This document shows positions 10,035 to 19,668 of a stretch of DNA of 64,000 nucleotides, piece after piece. How positions within the stretch are numbered: the stretch's first letter is position 1; each line of letters starts with the position of its first letter. Both the position numbers and the translations under genes were made by a program. Source of the stretch: Nitrososphaeria archaeon (GTDB taxonomy: Archaea; Thermoproteota; Nitrososphaeria; Nitrososphaerales; JAAOZN01); the NCBI GenBank assembly GCA_029775855.1, contig JARVJZ010000005.1, forward strand, positions 71,807 through 135,806. The letters run 5' to 3'. The notes beneath the pieces were generated by a model. It made no database searches. It worked only from the letters and a program-made list of their open reading frames with translations, and was not told the DNA's origin.

Positions 10035-10949
10035 TTATCTTACACCCAACGCCTTGACGACCTTCTCAGCAAGAAGTTCACCAGCAGCGTCTTGCGCCTC
10101 AACCGTCTGCGCACCTATGTGTGGTGTGCAAACGACATTAGGCAACTTAACGGCTTCGGTGGTTGGGGGTTCGTGTTCAAATACATCTAGCGCTGCGCCG
10201 GCCAGCCACCCCTCTTTAAGCGCCATGTATAGGGCTTCTTCGTCGACTACCTCACCCCTTGAAGCATTTATCAGATAGGCGCCTTTCTTCATCTTCGCAA
10301 ATCTCTCTCTATTCATCATATGCCTAGTTTCCGGGGTCAGCGGGACATGTAATGTAACGAAGTCTGAATTGGAGAGCAAAGTATCTAGGTCTACTACCTG
10401 CGCATCAAGAGACTTCACAAGCTGCTCTGGGAGTTGAATTACATCATATACAAGTATCTTCATGCCGAAGGCCTTTGCCAACGCTCCAACTCTGCTCCCT
10501 ATTCTGCCTAAGCCGACTATGCCTAGTGTTTTACCCTTCAGCTCAATTCCCATCATCTCACCTTTTAGCCATCGTCCTTCTTTCAAACCCCTGTCTCCAA
10601 TCGGGATCTTTCTGGCGAGGCTCAGCATGAAACCAAGCACCAACTCAGCTACCGCTTCTGTTGAGGATTCTGGCGTGTTGAGCACGACTATACCCCTCTT
10701 GGCAGCAGCCTCTGTATCTATATTATCTAACCCAACGCCAGCTCGACCTATTACACGCAGCTTCTTACCAGCATCTATCACCGACGAAGTAATCTTTGTC
10801 CTACTTCTAACCACGACAGCATCAAACTCAGATATCTGCTTGATCAACTCATCAGCAGAGATCTTCGGCTGATAGGACACCTCAAGACCAGCAGACTTCA
10901 GAATATCTATACACTTACTTGATACCGGGTCGCAAACCAGTACCTTCAA
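10035..10949 (-). CDS. serA: D-3-phosphoglycerate dehydrogenase-like 2-hydroxyacid dehydrogenase (no ACT domain)
   Basis: RAGVGLDNID, G.GRIG, INASRG and TPHIGAQT motifs. Confidence 0.85.
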   Translation of the reverse strand: MKVLVCDPVSSKCIDILKSAGLEVSYQPKISADELIKQISEFDAVVVRSRTKITSSVIDAGKKLRVIGRAGVGLDNIDTEAAAKRGIVVLNTPESSTEAVAELVLGFMLSLARKIPIGDRGLKEGRWLKGEMMGIELKGKTLGIVGLGRIGSRVGALAKAFGMKILVYDVIQLPEQLVKSLDAQVVDLDTLLSNSDFVTLHVPLTPETRHMMNRERFAKMKKGAYLINASRGEVVDEEALYMALKEGWLAGAALDVFEHEPPTTEAVKLPNVVCTPHIGAQTVEAQDAAGELLAEKVVKALGVR

Positions 10950-11011
10950 CCCGCATCAGAAAGAGCTTATCAGCATAACATGCTTTTATATCCTACGCTT
11001 CCTCAGAATCC

Positions 11012-12220
11012 TTGATGCTAGTAGGTATAGTCGGCAAACCTAACACCGGCAAATCAACCTTCTTCAACGCAGCAACTCTGATGAATGTACCAATGGCTAG
11101 CTACCCTTTCACAACGATACAGCCAAACTATGGTGTAGCCTATCTTAGAAAAGATTGTGTCTGCAAAAGGCTCAATGTAAAAGATAACCCAGTAAACTCG
11201 GTCTGCGTGAATGGTGTTAGATTAATACCAGTCAAACTCGTGGATGTAGCGGGTCTAGTTCCAGGAGCGTCCCAGGGTCGAGGTTTAGGGAATAAGTTCC
11301 TTGATGATCTTAGGCAAGCCGATGCGTTAATACATGTTGTGGATGCTTCAGGCTCTACAGATGAAGAAGGTAGGGTCTGTGAGGCGGGCAGCCATGACCC
11401 TTTGAAAGATGTAGAGTTTGTTGAAAGAGAATTTAACCTTTGGCTCAAGCAGATAATTTCAAAGGATTGGCAGAGAGTGGCAAGAACTGTTGAGGCAGGT
11501 GCAGGTAAGCTCGCACCTATGTTGGGTCAAAGGCTAAGCGGTTTATCGATAGGCGAGCAGATGATACAAGAAGCTATTGGAAAACTTGGATTAAAAGCTG
11601 AAAAACCAACCTTATGGTCTGAAGAGCAGATAGACCGCTTTATAGACTATTTGAGGAGAAGGTCTAAGCCAAGCCTCATAGCCGCAAATAAATGCGATTT
11701 ACCAACAGCAGAAAAGAATATAATAAAACTTAAAGAGAGCGGCAGACTCGTCATACCCACCGCTTCCGAAGCCGAGCTCGTCTTAAGGAGAGCAGCAGAA
11801 AAAGGGCTCATAGATTATATCCCAGGAGATAGAGAATTTAAGATCAAAGATTCTACGAAACTTACAGCAGAGCAGAAGAAGGCGTTAGACTTCATAGAGA
11901 ACAGAGTATTGGCTAAATGGGGTTCAACAGGAGTCCAGCAGACGATTAACGCAGCATACTTTGAACTCTTAAACAGTATAGTTGTATATCCGGTGGAAGA
12001 TGAATCTAAGCTTTCGGATAAAAAAGGGAACGTTTTGCCAGACGCTAAGGTGGTTAGACGAGGCACCACAGCAAGAGACCTTGCCTACATCATACATACA
12101 GAGCTCGGTGAAACCTTCCTATATGCGGTCGATGCTCTTACTGGTGTGAGATTGGGTGCTGATCATGTGCTGGAAGATGGGCAGGTAGTTAAGATTGTGG
12201 CTGCTGGTAAGCGTGGTTAG
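11012..12220 (+). CDS. ychF: YchF/OBG-family ATPase with TGS domain
   Basis: GKPN.GKST, YPFTTI.PN, DVAGLVPGA and NK.D motifs. Confidence 0.93.
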   Translation: MMLVGIVGKPNTGKSTFFNAATLMNVPMASYPFTTIQPNYGVAYLRKDCVCKRLNVKDNPVNSVCVNGVRLIPVKLVDVAGLVPGASQGRGLGNKFLDDLRQADALIHVVDASGSTDEEGRVCEAGSHDPLKDVEFVEREFNLWLKQIISKDWQRVARTVEAGAGKLAPMLGQRLSGLSIGEQMIQEAIGKLGLKAEKPTLWSEEQIDRFIDYLRRRSKPSLIAANKCDLPTAEKNIIKLKESGRLVIPTASEAELVLRRAAEKGLIDYIPGDREFKIKDSTKLTAEQKKALDFIENRVLAKWGSTGVQQTINAAYFELLNSIVVYPVEDESKLSDKKGNVLPDAKVVRRGTTARDLAYIIHTELGETFLYAVDALTGVRLGADHVLEDGQVVKIVAAGKRG

Positions 12221-12906
12221 TTTTGTGAAGACTCTTCTTCTAATTCATCTTCCTCTTCTTCTACTTCTTCTCCAGTAGCGGTTGCTTCTACTATACTCGT
12301 AGCTGAAGCCATTATGGGTATTCCTTTAACGATTTTGAATTTACTTATCCCCACGTGTCTTAATGCTGCAACCTTTCTAGCCTCATTATATATATCTGAG
12401 CCGATTTTACTTAAAACAGCTTCTTGCACAAATTGGTCATAAGTTAAAGATGAAGTCTTCTCTGTGAGCACCTTATCAGCTACTAATCTTACAGAATGCT
12501 TTTTTGATGAGTTTACTCTCTTTTGAGTAAACGCTATGACGTACACTCTTACAGTTATCCCATCTTTGGTTATGTAATCTTTTATAAAGTTAATCATCGA
12601 TGAGCCTCTTCGCACAAGGCTTCTCAAATACTCTCTAGAATACTCATATGCTTTAAGGATGGATTTTGCTACGCCGTCTTGAATTTCTGTTATTTGGAAG
12701 TATAGTTTGTATACATACTGCTGTGGGTCTTGCTTGACGATGTCGTAAAGTGTTGTCTCTACAACTCGCCCTACAGCTTTATCTGGGTCTGTAGCTGGTA
12801 TATAGCCTACTTGTGTGCTGCCAAAGGATGGTGGAGCCTCAACTATCAACCAAGTCTTATCCCGCCATTTATCCTTGATCTTTCCGGACTTCTGACGCTT
12901 CGGCAT
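12217..12906 (-). CDS. rps3ae: 30S ribosomal protein eS1 (S3Ae)
   Basis: KDKW..K.W, GRVVE.TL.D and EYLRSLVRRGSS motifs. Start set at the MPKRQK ATG. Confidence 0.93.
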   Translation of the reverse strand: MPKRQKSGKIKDKWRDKTWLIVEAPPSFGSTQVGYIPATDPDKAVGRVVETTLYDIVKQDPQQYVYKLYFQITEIQDGVAKSILKAYEYSREYLRSLVRRGSSMINFIKDYITKDGITVRVYVIAFTQKRVNSSKKHSVRLVADKVLTEKTSSLTYDQFVQEAVLSKIGSDIYNEARKVAALRHVGISKFKIVKGIPIMASATSIVEATATGEEVEEEEDELEEESSQN

Positions 12907-12928
12907 ACTAAACAGCCAAGCCCACAAC

Positions 12929-14224
12929 CTACTTAGATTTAAGCCCTACTCTACCAGACAAGACTAGCCTCTCATCCCCAAAGTATGGTATAAGAACCTT
13001 CGGGATGTTTATCGAATTATCTTCGTTCTGATTATTCTCCAAGATAGCTATCAGCGTTCTTTCGGTTGCGACCAGCGTGCTGTTAAGGGTGTGAACAAAC
13101 TTTGACTCTTCATTGGGCTTATCTCTATATTTTATTCTTAATCCACGAGCTTGGTAGTCTAAGCAATTACTGCAGGAGACAACCTCCCTATATGTGTTCT
13201 GGGCTGGAAACCAAGCTTCCAAATCGTAGGTCTTTGCAGCCGTCTTACCCAAATCTCCTGTGCATAGTAGGACAACTCTATATGGAATCTCTAACGATTG
13301 GAAAAACTCTTCAGCGTTGCGTAAAAGTAGTTCGTGCTCTCTCCATGAATCTTCTGGTTTAGAGAAGATAAACTGCTCAACCTTTTCAAACTGATGAACC
13401 CTAAAGATCCCTTTCGTATCACGCCCATGCGCCCCCGCTTCTTTTCTGAAGCAAGGACTTACACCTCCATATCTTAGGGGTAGTAGAAAACCATCTAATA
13501 TTTCATCCATATGCATAGCAGCTATCGCGTGTTCAGAGGTTCCAATAAGGTAGAGGTCTTCACCTTCTATTTTATAGATTACATCCTCAAAATCCGAAAG
13601 TATTACAGCGCCCTCTATTGCCTCCCTTTTTAGCATGTAAGGTGGCTGCAGAAGTAGGAAGCCTCTCTGCTTTAAGAAATCAAGCGCATAGGATATTAAA
13701 GCATAGTTTAATCTGACTAGATTATCTTTTAGATAGTAGAATCTTGAGCCAGCCACTTTTGCTGCTCTATCTGTATCGATGATGTCTAACCATATGCCTA
13801 AAGTTATGTGGTCTCTTGGTGGAATTTGGAGCGGTTTAGGTTCACCCCACCTTCTAATGACGACGTTATCTGACTCATCTTTCCCTACTGGTACTGATTC
13901 GTGTATAAGGTTAGGGAGGGACTTTAACATGTTGTTTACTTCTTGGTCAAGTGCCTTTGCTTCCGAGTCTAATTGCTCTATTCTATCTGATATCTCTTTG
14001 ACGGTATGGAGTTTTTCGAGGGTGTCTCTGCCTTCTTTTTTCGCTTGCGCTATCTGTAAAGAGATCAAGTTTCTTTGATGCTTAAGCCTCTGAACTTCTG
14101 TGAGTAGCTGCCTCCTTTTAGCATCCTTTTTTAAAAGTTCTTCGAGTGGAAAGGAGATGTTCCTTTTTTCAAGCATATCCTTTATTATCTCTGGGTGTTC
14201 TCTTACCAGTCTAAGGTCAAGCAT
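12929..14224 (-). CDS. serS: serine--tRNA ligase
   Basis: N-terminal coiled coil, FRKEAG, GIFRVHQFEKVE and HTLNST motifs. Confidence 0.97.
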   Translation of the reverse strand: MLDLRLVREHPEIIKDMLEKRNISFPLEELLKKDAKRRQLLTEVQRLKHQRNLISLQIAQAKKEGRDTLEKLHTVKEISDRIEQLDSEAKALDQEVNNMLKSLPNLIHESVPVGKDESDNVVIRRWGEPKPLQIPPRDHITLGIWLDIIDTDRAAKVAGSRFYYLKDNLVRLNYALISYALDFLKQRGFLLLQPPYMLKREAIEGAVILSDFEDVIYKIEGEDLYLIGTSEHAIAAMHMDEILDGFLLPLRYGGVSPCFRKEAGAHGRDTKGIFRVHQFEKVEQFIFSKPEDSWREHELLLRNAEEFFQSLEIPYRVVLLCTGDLGKTAAKTYDLEAWFPAQNTYREVVSCSNCLDYQARGLRIKYRDKPNEESKFVHTLNSTLVATERTLIAILENNQNEDNSINIPKVLIPYFGDERLVLSGRVGLKSK

Positions 14225-14472
14225 CAGGTCTTCACCACATTTATCGAGTCCAAGGCTGAGTTTATATCCTCAAGCATTTCTTCTATGGTGGATATTAAGG
14301 TTTCAAACTTGGATTCAGATTTAACTTCTATGGTCATTTTGCACCCTATCAAATCCATTCTAATGTGGAGCCCCTTTGGTAGGTTAGTGTTATCTGGATA
14401 TAGGGCGTTGTAGAGTGCTTTAAGCAGATTCTGGTCGAGACTTGTTATCTCTAAGTTTATTTTAGAGATCAA
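14224..14472 (-). CDS. pcc1: KEOPS complex subunit Pcc1
   Basis: 82 aa with LY.AL.PD motif, in the usual rps15-recJ-pcc1 context. Confidence 0.7.
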   Translation of the reverse strand: MISKINLEITSLDQNLLKALYNALYPDNTNLPKGLHIRMDLIGCKMTIEVKSESKFETLISTIEEMLEDINSALDSINVVKT

Positions 14473-15859
14473 CGTTTAGACCTTCTTGGAGTACCTCCAC
14501 TAACTTACTTGGCTCCATGTAGATTAGAGTTGCTCCTCCGGCTGCTTTATGCCCCCCTCCTTGACCATTAACCTTTTCAGCCACTTTTCTTAATGTAAGC
14601 CCGATGTTCACTTGCCCCTTGAATGCTGCACCTATTCTTGCAGAAACTCTTAGATTTCCTTCTTTTGTTTTAGTGGTTAAAAATAGTGGTTTCTCTGAAA
14701 ATTTGGGTACACTTGAGAGTATGGATGAAAGTGAGCCAAGCATCTCAGCGTTAACTAAACCTTCGGCTACAATTAGGTTAAAGAGTTGATGCTTTATGAT
14801 TCTAGTTTCATCTTCGGTAAGCACCTTGACCAACCTACTTATAGTCTGCCGGTATTCTGCAAGAACCTTTTCAGCTTCGCTCAGAGAATAACCTCGATCA
14901 CCTAAGCATAGACCTATTGCAAGCCCAGCTTTACCCATCCTACCACAAGCATTAAGAAGTGTGCCAAACTCTCTAGCATCCCTTAGCGGTGAGAATTCAT
15001 CCTCCTTAACCAAAGTGTATATGTAGCCTACGAGCTCGTCAACACCTCTCCCACCTATGTATGGAAGAAGCACTTCAACGATCTTCTGCTTCTCCTCTAT
15101 CGTAAGCTCAGCTAATGTGCGCCAGCGATCATCCTCTCTTAATTTGATGCCTCCTGCATTCAACGCATTTAGGCAGGCTTCTCGATTGCCGCTTAACCCG
15201 TGTATGTAAGGTGTTGTTGTAGCAGCTAATGCTTCGTGCACAGCTCTGGTCTCACGCCCGTAGAAGAGTAGATCTACACTATCATTTATTAAACCAGCTT
15301 CTTTAGATACTTCAAGAACTACTTTGTTAGCACCTGTTAACGCTCTCCTCTCTCCTTGATCCTGCTTATCAGCTAAAGCAGCTACTACTGGAAGCCAGCT
15401 GAAGTTTTTGATGCTATGGTCTATGTTGGCTGCGACATAGTAGGATAGGGTTGCTGCACAAGCATCTACGCCACCGTCAAAACCGTATGCCCAAGCGTTC
15501 AAGATGGAAGGGTGCTCAAGCTCCTCTTGCGGAACTTGGTGGTGGTCTATAAGAACCCACTTTGAGCCTAGATTTGTTTCTATATCTTTAAGCATCCCTC
15601 CACCCATTTCACAGAGTATATAGAGGTCGTATTCGCTTTCCTTTAATGCTTGGAGTGCTTGTATGCTTAGGTCGTTGTATATCCGTATTGTGTAAGGTGC
15701 TTCTAGACATCTTAAGGAGTTTGCGATTAGGCTTGCTGAAGATATGCCGTCAGCATCGATATGGCCTATGATGATTATACGCTGCCTACGCTCTGCTACT
15801 TCTACTATCCTCTCAGCTATGTGCGCGGCTTTTGTCTTTAGGGATTCGAAGTTACCCAA
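14462..15859 (-). CDS. RecJ-like DHH/DHHA1 phosphoesterase
   Basis: H.DADG, IDHH, LNACGR and GGGH..AGG motifs. Confidence 0.9.
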   Translation of the reverse strand: MGNFESLKTKAAHIAERIVEVAERRQRIIIIGHIDADGISSASLIANSLRCLEAPYTIRIYNDLSIQALQALKESEYDLYILCEMGGGMLKDIETNLGSKWVLIDHHQVPQEELEHPSILNAWAYGFDGGVDACAATLSYYVAANIDHSIKNFSWLPVVAALADKQDQGERRALTGANKVVLEVSKEAGLINDSVDLLFYGRETRAVHEALAATTTPYIHGLSGNREACLNALNAGGIKLREDDRWRTLAELTIEEKQKIVEVLLPYIGGRGVDELVGYIYTLVKEDEFSPLRDAREFGTLLNACGRMGKAGLAIGLCLGDRGYSLSEAEKVLAEYRQTISRLVKVLTEDETRIIKHQLFNLIVAEGLVNAEMLGSLSSILSSVPKFSEKPLFLTTKTKEGNLRVSARIGAAFKGQVNIGLTLRKVAEKVNGQGGGHKAAGGATLIYMEPSKLVEVLQEGLNVDL

Positions 15860-15872
15860 CTCTAACTATCGT

Positions 15873-16322
15873 TTATGCTAGCTGTGCTATAACGGCGGAA
15901 TACTTCCAATCTGGGCTGATGCGTCCTATTCTCTTATAATATTTTGAGAGCCTGTGTATCTTTGCCTCCAGTAGTTCCAGTGAACGAACATTCTTTCTAT
16001 CGTTTTTGTGAACTCTAAGGTGTTCTTGAAGACGCGTCGCTCGATTGATCAACCTCTCCAAATCTTCTGGGTGATCGCTTAACAGATTATTCTCCTTAAG
16101 CACCTCTGTTATTGATTTGCCTAAGATGGGTTTAACAAGAGGTATATTATATTCGTCTCTAAGTCTAACACCAATCTCAGAAGGCTTTAATCCACTTTTA
16201 GCCAGCTTCACAATTAGCGCTTCAACTTCTTCTGGGCTATGGGTAACCCAGCTAGGAACCCTCTTTGAAGTCGGTCTAATTGAATGCGACTTCCCCTTTC
16301 TGTGAGAGTGTATCCTCGCCAA
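15873..16322 (-). CDS. rps15: 30S ribosomal protein uS15
   Basis: ARIHS..KGKSHS.RP, IG..LRD and EAKIHRL.KYYK motifs. Start set at the TTG. Confidence 0.95.
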   Translation of the reverse strand: MARIHSHRKGKSHSIRPTSKRVPSWVTHSPEEVEALIVKLAKSGLKPSEIGVRLRDEYNIPLVKPILGKSITEVLKENNLLSDHPEDLERLINRATRLQEHLRVHKNDRKNVRSLELLEAKIHRLSKYYKRIGRISPDWKYSAVIAQLA

Positions 16323-16372
16323 AGTCTCTGTTACAGCGCCTACATTACCCACAACATAAACCTTACGGATAA

Positions 16373-16951
16373 CTATTTGTATTCTTCAAGTAGCATAGAC
16401 GCTAAAAGGCGAGCCGCCTTAGCTCGATGCGAAAACATATTTTTCTCTACAACGCTCATCTCTGCGAAGGTCTTTGAGCATCCTTTCGGTATAAATATTG
16501 GGTCGAAGCCGAACCCACCACATCCTCGCGCCTCCTCTGCTATCGTTCCTTCACACGAGCCTCTGCATAGTTTTAATGAGCCTTCTTCGTTGATGTATGC
16601 TATCTGTGAGATAAATTCTGCTTCTCTATTACTTTGACCAAACATAAGCTTTAGAACACCATCTACACCTATCGTCTTATAGACGAATGATGAATAAGGG
16701 CCTGGGAAGCCATTTAATATCTTCACAAAGAGCCCCGCATCCTCTACAAAGAGTGGTTTCTTTAAAGTTTGGTAAGCATATAATGCGCTTTCTCTTGCTA
16801 TTTCCCCTATATCTTCGCTCTGTATTTCGCGCTTCTTTATTTGTGATACGACTATTGAGATATCGTAGGTGGAAAGCACATTCTCAATCTCCTTTGCTTT
16901 ATTGATGTTGCTGGTCACGAAGATTATGCTTAGCTTAAACGACTCTGGCAT
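16373..16951 (-). CDS. rdgB: RdgB/HAM1 non-canonical purine NTP pyrophosphatase
   Basis: TSN..K..E, EDAGL, GFPGPYS, FGFDPIF and SHR motifs. Confidence 0.93.
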   Translation of the reverse strand: MPESFKLSIIFVTSNINKAKEIENVLSTYDISIVVSQIKKREIQSEDIGEIARESALYAYQTLKKPLFVEDAGLFVKILNGFPGPYSSFVYKTIGVDGVLKLMFGQSNREAEFISQIAYINEEGSLKLCRGSCEGTIAEEARGCGGFGFDPIFIPKGCSKTFAEMSVVEKNMFSHRAKAARLLASMLLEEYK

Positions 16952-17570
16952 ATCTTCCTCTACGCTCTATCTCACGAATTTTCACTTTAAGAATGTTAAC
17001 GACTTCAGCGCCAAGTATTGAGCTGTAGCCGTTTAACACTGAGTTGAAGAAGGCATCTGCTTTATCGGTGTATGTGCTGAGCAACACGCTCTTAAGTAGG
17101 TGTAGATCGACAGCCCTATCTTCTATCTTCTTGGAGGTAAAAGATAACCCAAAGTCGATAACTACAAGCCCTTTTTTTGATAAAATAAAGTTAGAAGGTG
17201 TTAGATCGCTATGCATGATATCACCTTGATGTAGAAGCGCTATAACCTTCCCCATCTGCTCACAGAGCTTTAAGCATTCATCATACGCTCTACTTAAAAG
17301 CAGTTCTTTAAGCCGTATCCCTTCAATAAACTGCATAATCAGCTCAGCACCCTTAGGGTCCACATAATAGACTACAGGAGTTAAGACGCCGCATTCACGC
17401 GCCTTCTTCAAGAATAGGGCTTCGTGCGATGTTCTGTAGGTTCTGAGGGCCTGATCAAGTTTAGGTTGAAGATAAGATTTTGAGACCCTAACTTTCTTAA
17501 CAGCTGGTAACCCAACCCAATCTATCAGATATAGGTCTGCTTCAGCACCTTTCTTCATCAGCTTCTCCAA
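16935..17570 (-). CDS. bud32: KEOPS kinase Bud32
   Basis: KGAEA, H.DLT.SN, IDFGL and RGRY motifs. Confidence 0.93.
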   Translation of the reverse strand: MEKLMKKGAEADLYLIDWVGLPAVKKVRVSKSYLQPKLDQALRTYRTSHEALFLKKARECGVLTPVVYYVDPKGAELIMQFIEGIRLKELLLSRAYDECLKLCEQMGKVIALLHQGDIMHSDLTPSNFILSKKGLVVIDFGLSFTSKKIEDRAVDLHLLKSVLLSTYTDKADAFFNSVLNGYSSILGAEVVNILKVKIREIERRGRYARVV

Positions 17571-18568
17571 GGTGTATCTACCGAATCAAGCCTCCAAGAC
17601 TGCCTTATCACACTCTTCTCCAAAGGTATAAAGACACCTGTACTGAATGCCAAAAGTCCAGCCCAAGCGATTTGAGCACCACAGTCCCCAGCGAATCTAC
17701 TCGACACAGCACAGAACTTGGCATTATGCCTTAAAGCGACAGCATTAAGCATCTCACAAAGCCTTCTGTTCGCAGCCACACCACCAGCTACCAGAAGTTC
17801 ACTCTTTTCAGTAAAAGCCAGCGCCCTCTCTGTTACTTCGCAGAGCATAGCAAAGCCAGTTTCTTGAAGCGAATATGCTAGATCTTCCAAAGATTCACCT
17901 GATGCCAGCATATTCTTCGCAGCTGTTAAGATGCCTGAAAAGGAGACATCGTTGCCTTTCACAGTATAAGGTAGGCTTATATATCTTTCAGCAGCTTTTG
18001 CGAGCTCTTCAAGTTTTCTGCCGGCTGGTGAAGCGAAGCCTGCTGCTCTGCCGAATTGATCTAGAAGCTGACCAATGGTTATGTCAAGAGTTTCACCGAA
18101 GATCCTCCACCTTCCATACGAGTGCGCTGATATAAGTGTGTGGCCACCTGAAACTAACAGAACAAGCGGGTCTGAAAAGCCGGCTTCAAGAGCCGCTATT
18201 TCTATATGACCAACCGCGTGATTAACTGGTATAAGAGGTAAATTAAAGTAAGATGCTATCGCTCTAGCTACAGTAGCACCAACTCTCAGACAAGGGCCTA
18301 AGCCTGGTCCTGCAGAGTATGCTATGAACGACAGATCTCTAGCTTTTATTCCCGCGCCTCGTAAAGCTTCATCTATTACATTAGCAGCCTTTTCTGAATG
18401 GTGTCTTGACGCCTCTCTGGGGTGTATGCCTGAGCCTTGCGGTGGTATATAAACTGATTTAGCGTCTGTCAAGATTCTACCCGTTGAGTCAACTACCGAA
18501 GCTCCAAAGGTGTGTGCTGTAGATTCTATACCTAATCCGTAAACTATCTTCTTCCCGGTTTTATTCAT
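17558..18568 (-). CDS. kae1: KEOPS t6A threonylcarbamoyltransferase Kae1
   Basis: GIESTAHT, GPGLGPCL, NHAVGHIE and VSGGHT motifs. Start set at the MNKTG ATG. Confidence 0.95.
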   Translation of the reverse strand: MNKTGKKIVYGLGIESTAHTFGASVVDSTGRILTDAKSVYIPPQGSGIHPREASRHHSEKAANVIDEALRGAGIKARDLSFIAYSAGPGLGPCLRVGATVARAIASYFNLPLIPVNHAVGHIEIAALEAGFSDPLVLLVSGGHTLISAHSYGRWRIFGETLDITIGQLLDQFGRAAGFASPAGRKLEELAKAAERYISLPYTVKGNDVSFSGILTAAKNMLASGESLEDLAYSLQETGFAMLCEVTERALAFTEKSELLVAGGVAANRRLCEMLNAVALRHNAKFCAVSSRFAGDCGAQIAWAGLLAFSTGVFIPLEKSVIRQSWRLDSVDTPWRS

Positions 18569-18593
18569 CTCCACACCAAGAGGATATATTTGG

Positions 18594-19160
18594 TTAGGTT
18601 GGTTTATGCGCTCTATAAAGATCACCTAGCAGCTCGATGTAAGGCTTTACTTCTATTAGAAAGTCATCAAACTTAGCTTTTTCGTAGTAGAATTCAACCC
18701 CACCACCTTTAACCACACACTTTGCTATAAGCACTATACCTTTGCTTCGCTCCGGCTTCTTTGGATCAAGCTCTGGAAAGTAGATTAGAGCGCCGTAGCC
18801 GACCTTTTGGTCCTTCAGTTTGAAGATTAGATTATAGTACATGCTCATCGTCTTTGTGAATTCTCTCATCTGCTTCTTTCTGCTTTCTGAGCGTTTAACT
18901 TCTTCGAAGTCTCCGCTGGTAAGTGTGTTGACCATTTCTTTAAGAAACTTTAGTTCTGGTATTCTTTTTGTGTACCCCCCGTATTCTATCGGTATCTCAT
19001 ATACTGAGTGCATAACCGTATCCCAATCATCTATGTATCTGAATTTTTTCCCCGATTCTAGAAACATTTCTCGTCTAAGTTGCTCTTCTAGCAGATCTTC
19101 TATCCTTAGGTCTCCGGTCGTCTTCTTTTTTTGACTCAAATCTATATCCCTTCTCCACAT
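18594..19160 (-). CDS. hypothetical protein upstream of kae1
   Basis: 188-aa ORF with natural composition, co-oriented with and adjacent to kae1. Confidence 0.7.
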   Translation of the reverse strand: MWRRDIDLSQKKKTTGDLRIEDLLEEQLRREMFLESGKKFRYIDDWDTVMHSVYEIPIEYGGYTKRIPELKFLKEMVNTLTSGDFEEVKRSESRKKQMREFTKTMSMYYNLIFKLKDQKVGYGALIYFPELDPKKPERSKGIVLIAKCVVKGGGVEFYYEKAKFDDFLIEVKPYIELLGDLYRAHKPT

Positions 19161-19221
19161 ACTTACCAGTAACCGATATGAATAAAGATATAGGTGGCAT
19201 GTCTGATAAGCGGTTAGACGC

Positions 19222-19668
19222 TTGACTAAGATTGTATTTATGTCTGCGGAGGTTTCATTTCATCTACATGCTACAGAGGATGAAGAGAGGTGTTTATCAA
19301 CATTCGCAGAGACATTAGGTATAGAGCCGCAGCAATTCGCTAAGAGCGTTCTTACTGGGCATTATGGTAATGAAGTTAAAAGGTATGTAGCACACTTAAC
19401 AGGTCAAAAGGCTGACGATTGGGGTAGGCTCCTCATATCCAAATTAGATGAGGAAGATAGAAAACATATTGCGCGTGAAGTAGAAAGGCATGTTGACGAG
19501 CATGGTAAGCTCTATCTACGATTAGATAAACAGAGTTTAGTAGATGGTTCAGTTAGGTTAGGTTCTAGTGATGTTGTAAGGGTGAAGTTAAAGCCTAGGT
19601 TTAGGTGGAATACGCTTAAGATGTATGATGAATTTGCGCGCCTTTTTCTTGAGGCGCGTAAAGGTTAG
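19222..19668 (+). CDS. DUF54 / RNA-binding domain protein
   Basis: HATED, GHYGN and LYLRLDKQ motifs. Confidence 0.85.
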   Translation: MTKIVFMSAEVSFHLHATEDEERCLSTFAETLGIEPQQFAKSVLTGHYGNEVKRYVAHLTGQKADDWGRLLISKLDEEDRKHIAREVERHVDEHGKLYLRLDKQSLVDGSVRLGSSDVVRVKLKPRFRWNTLKMYDEFARLFLEARKG

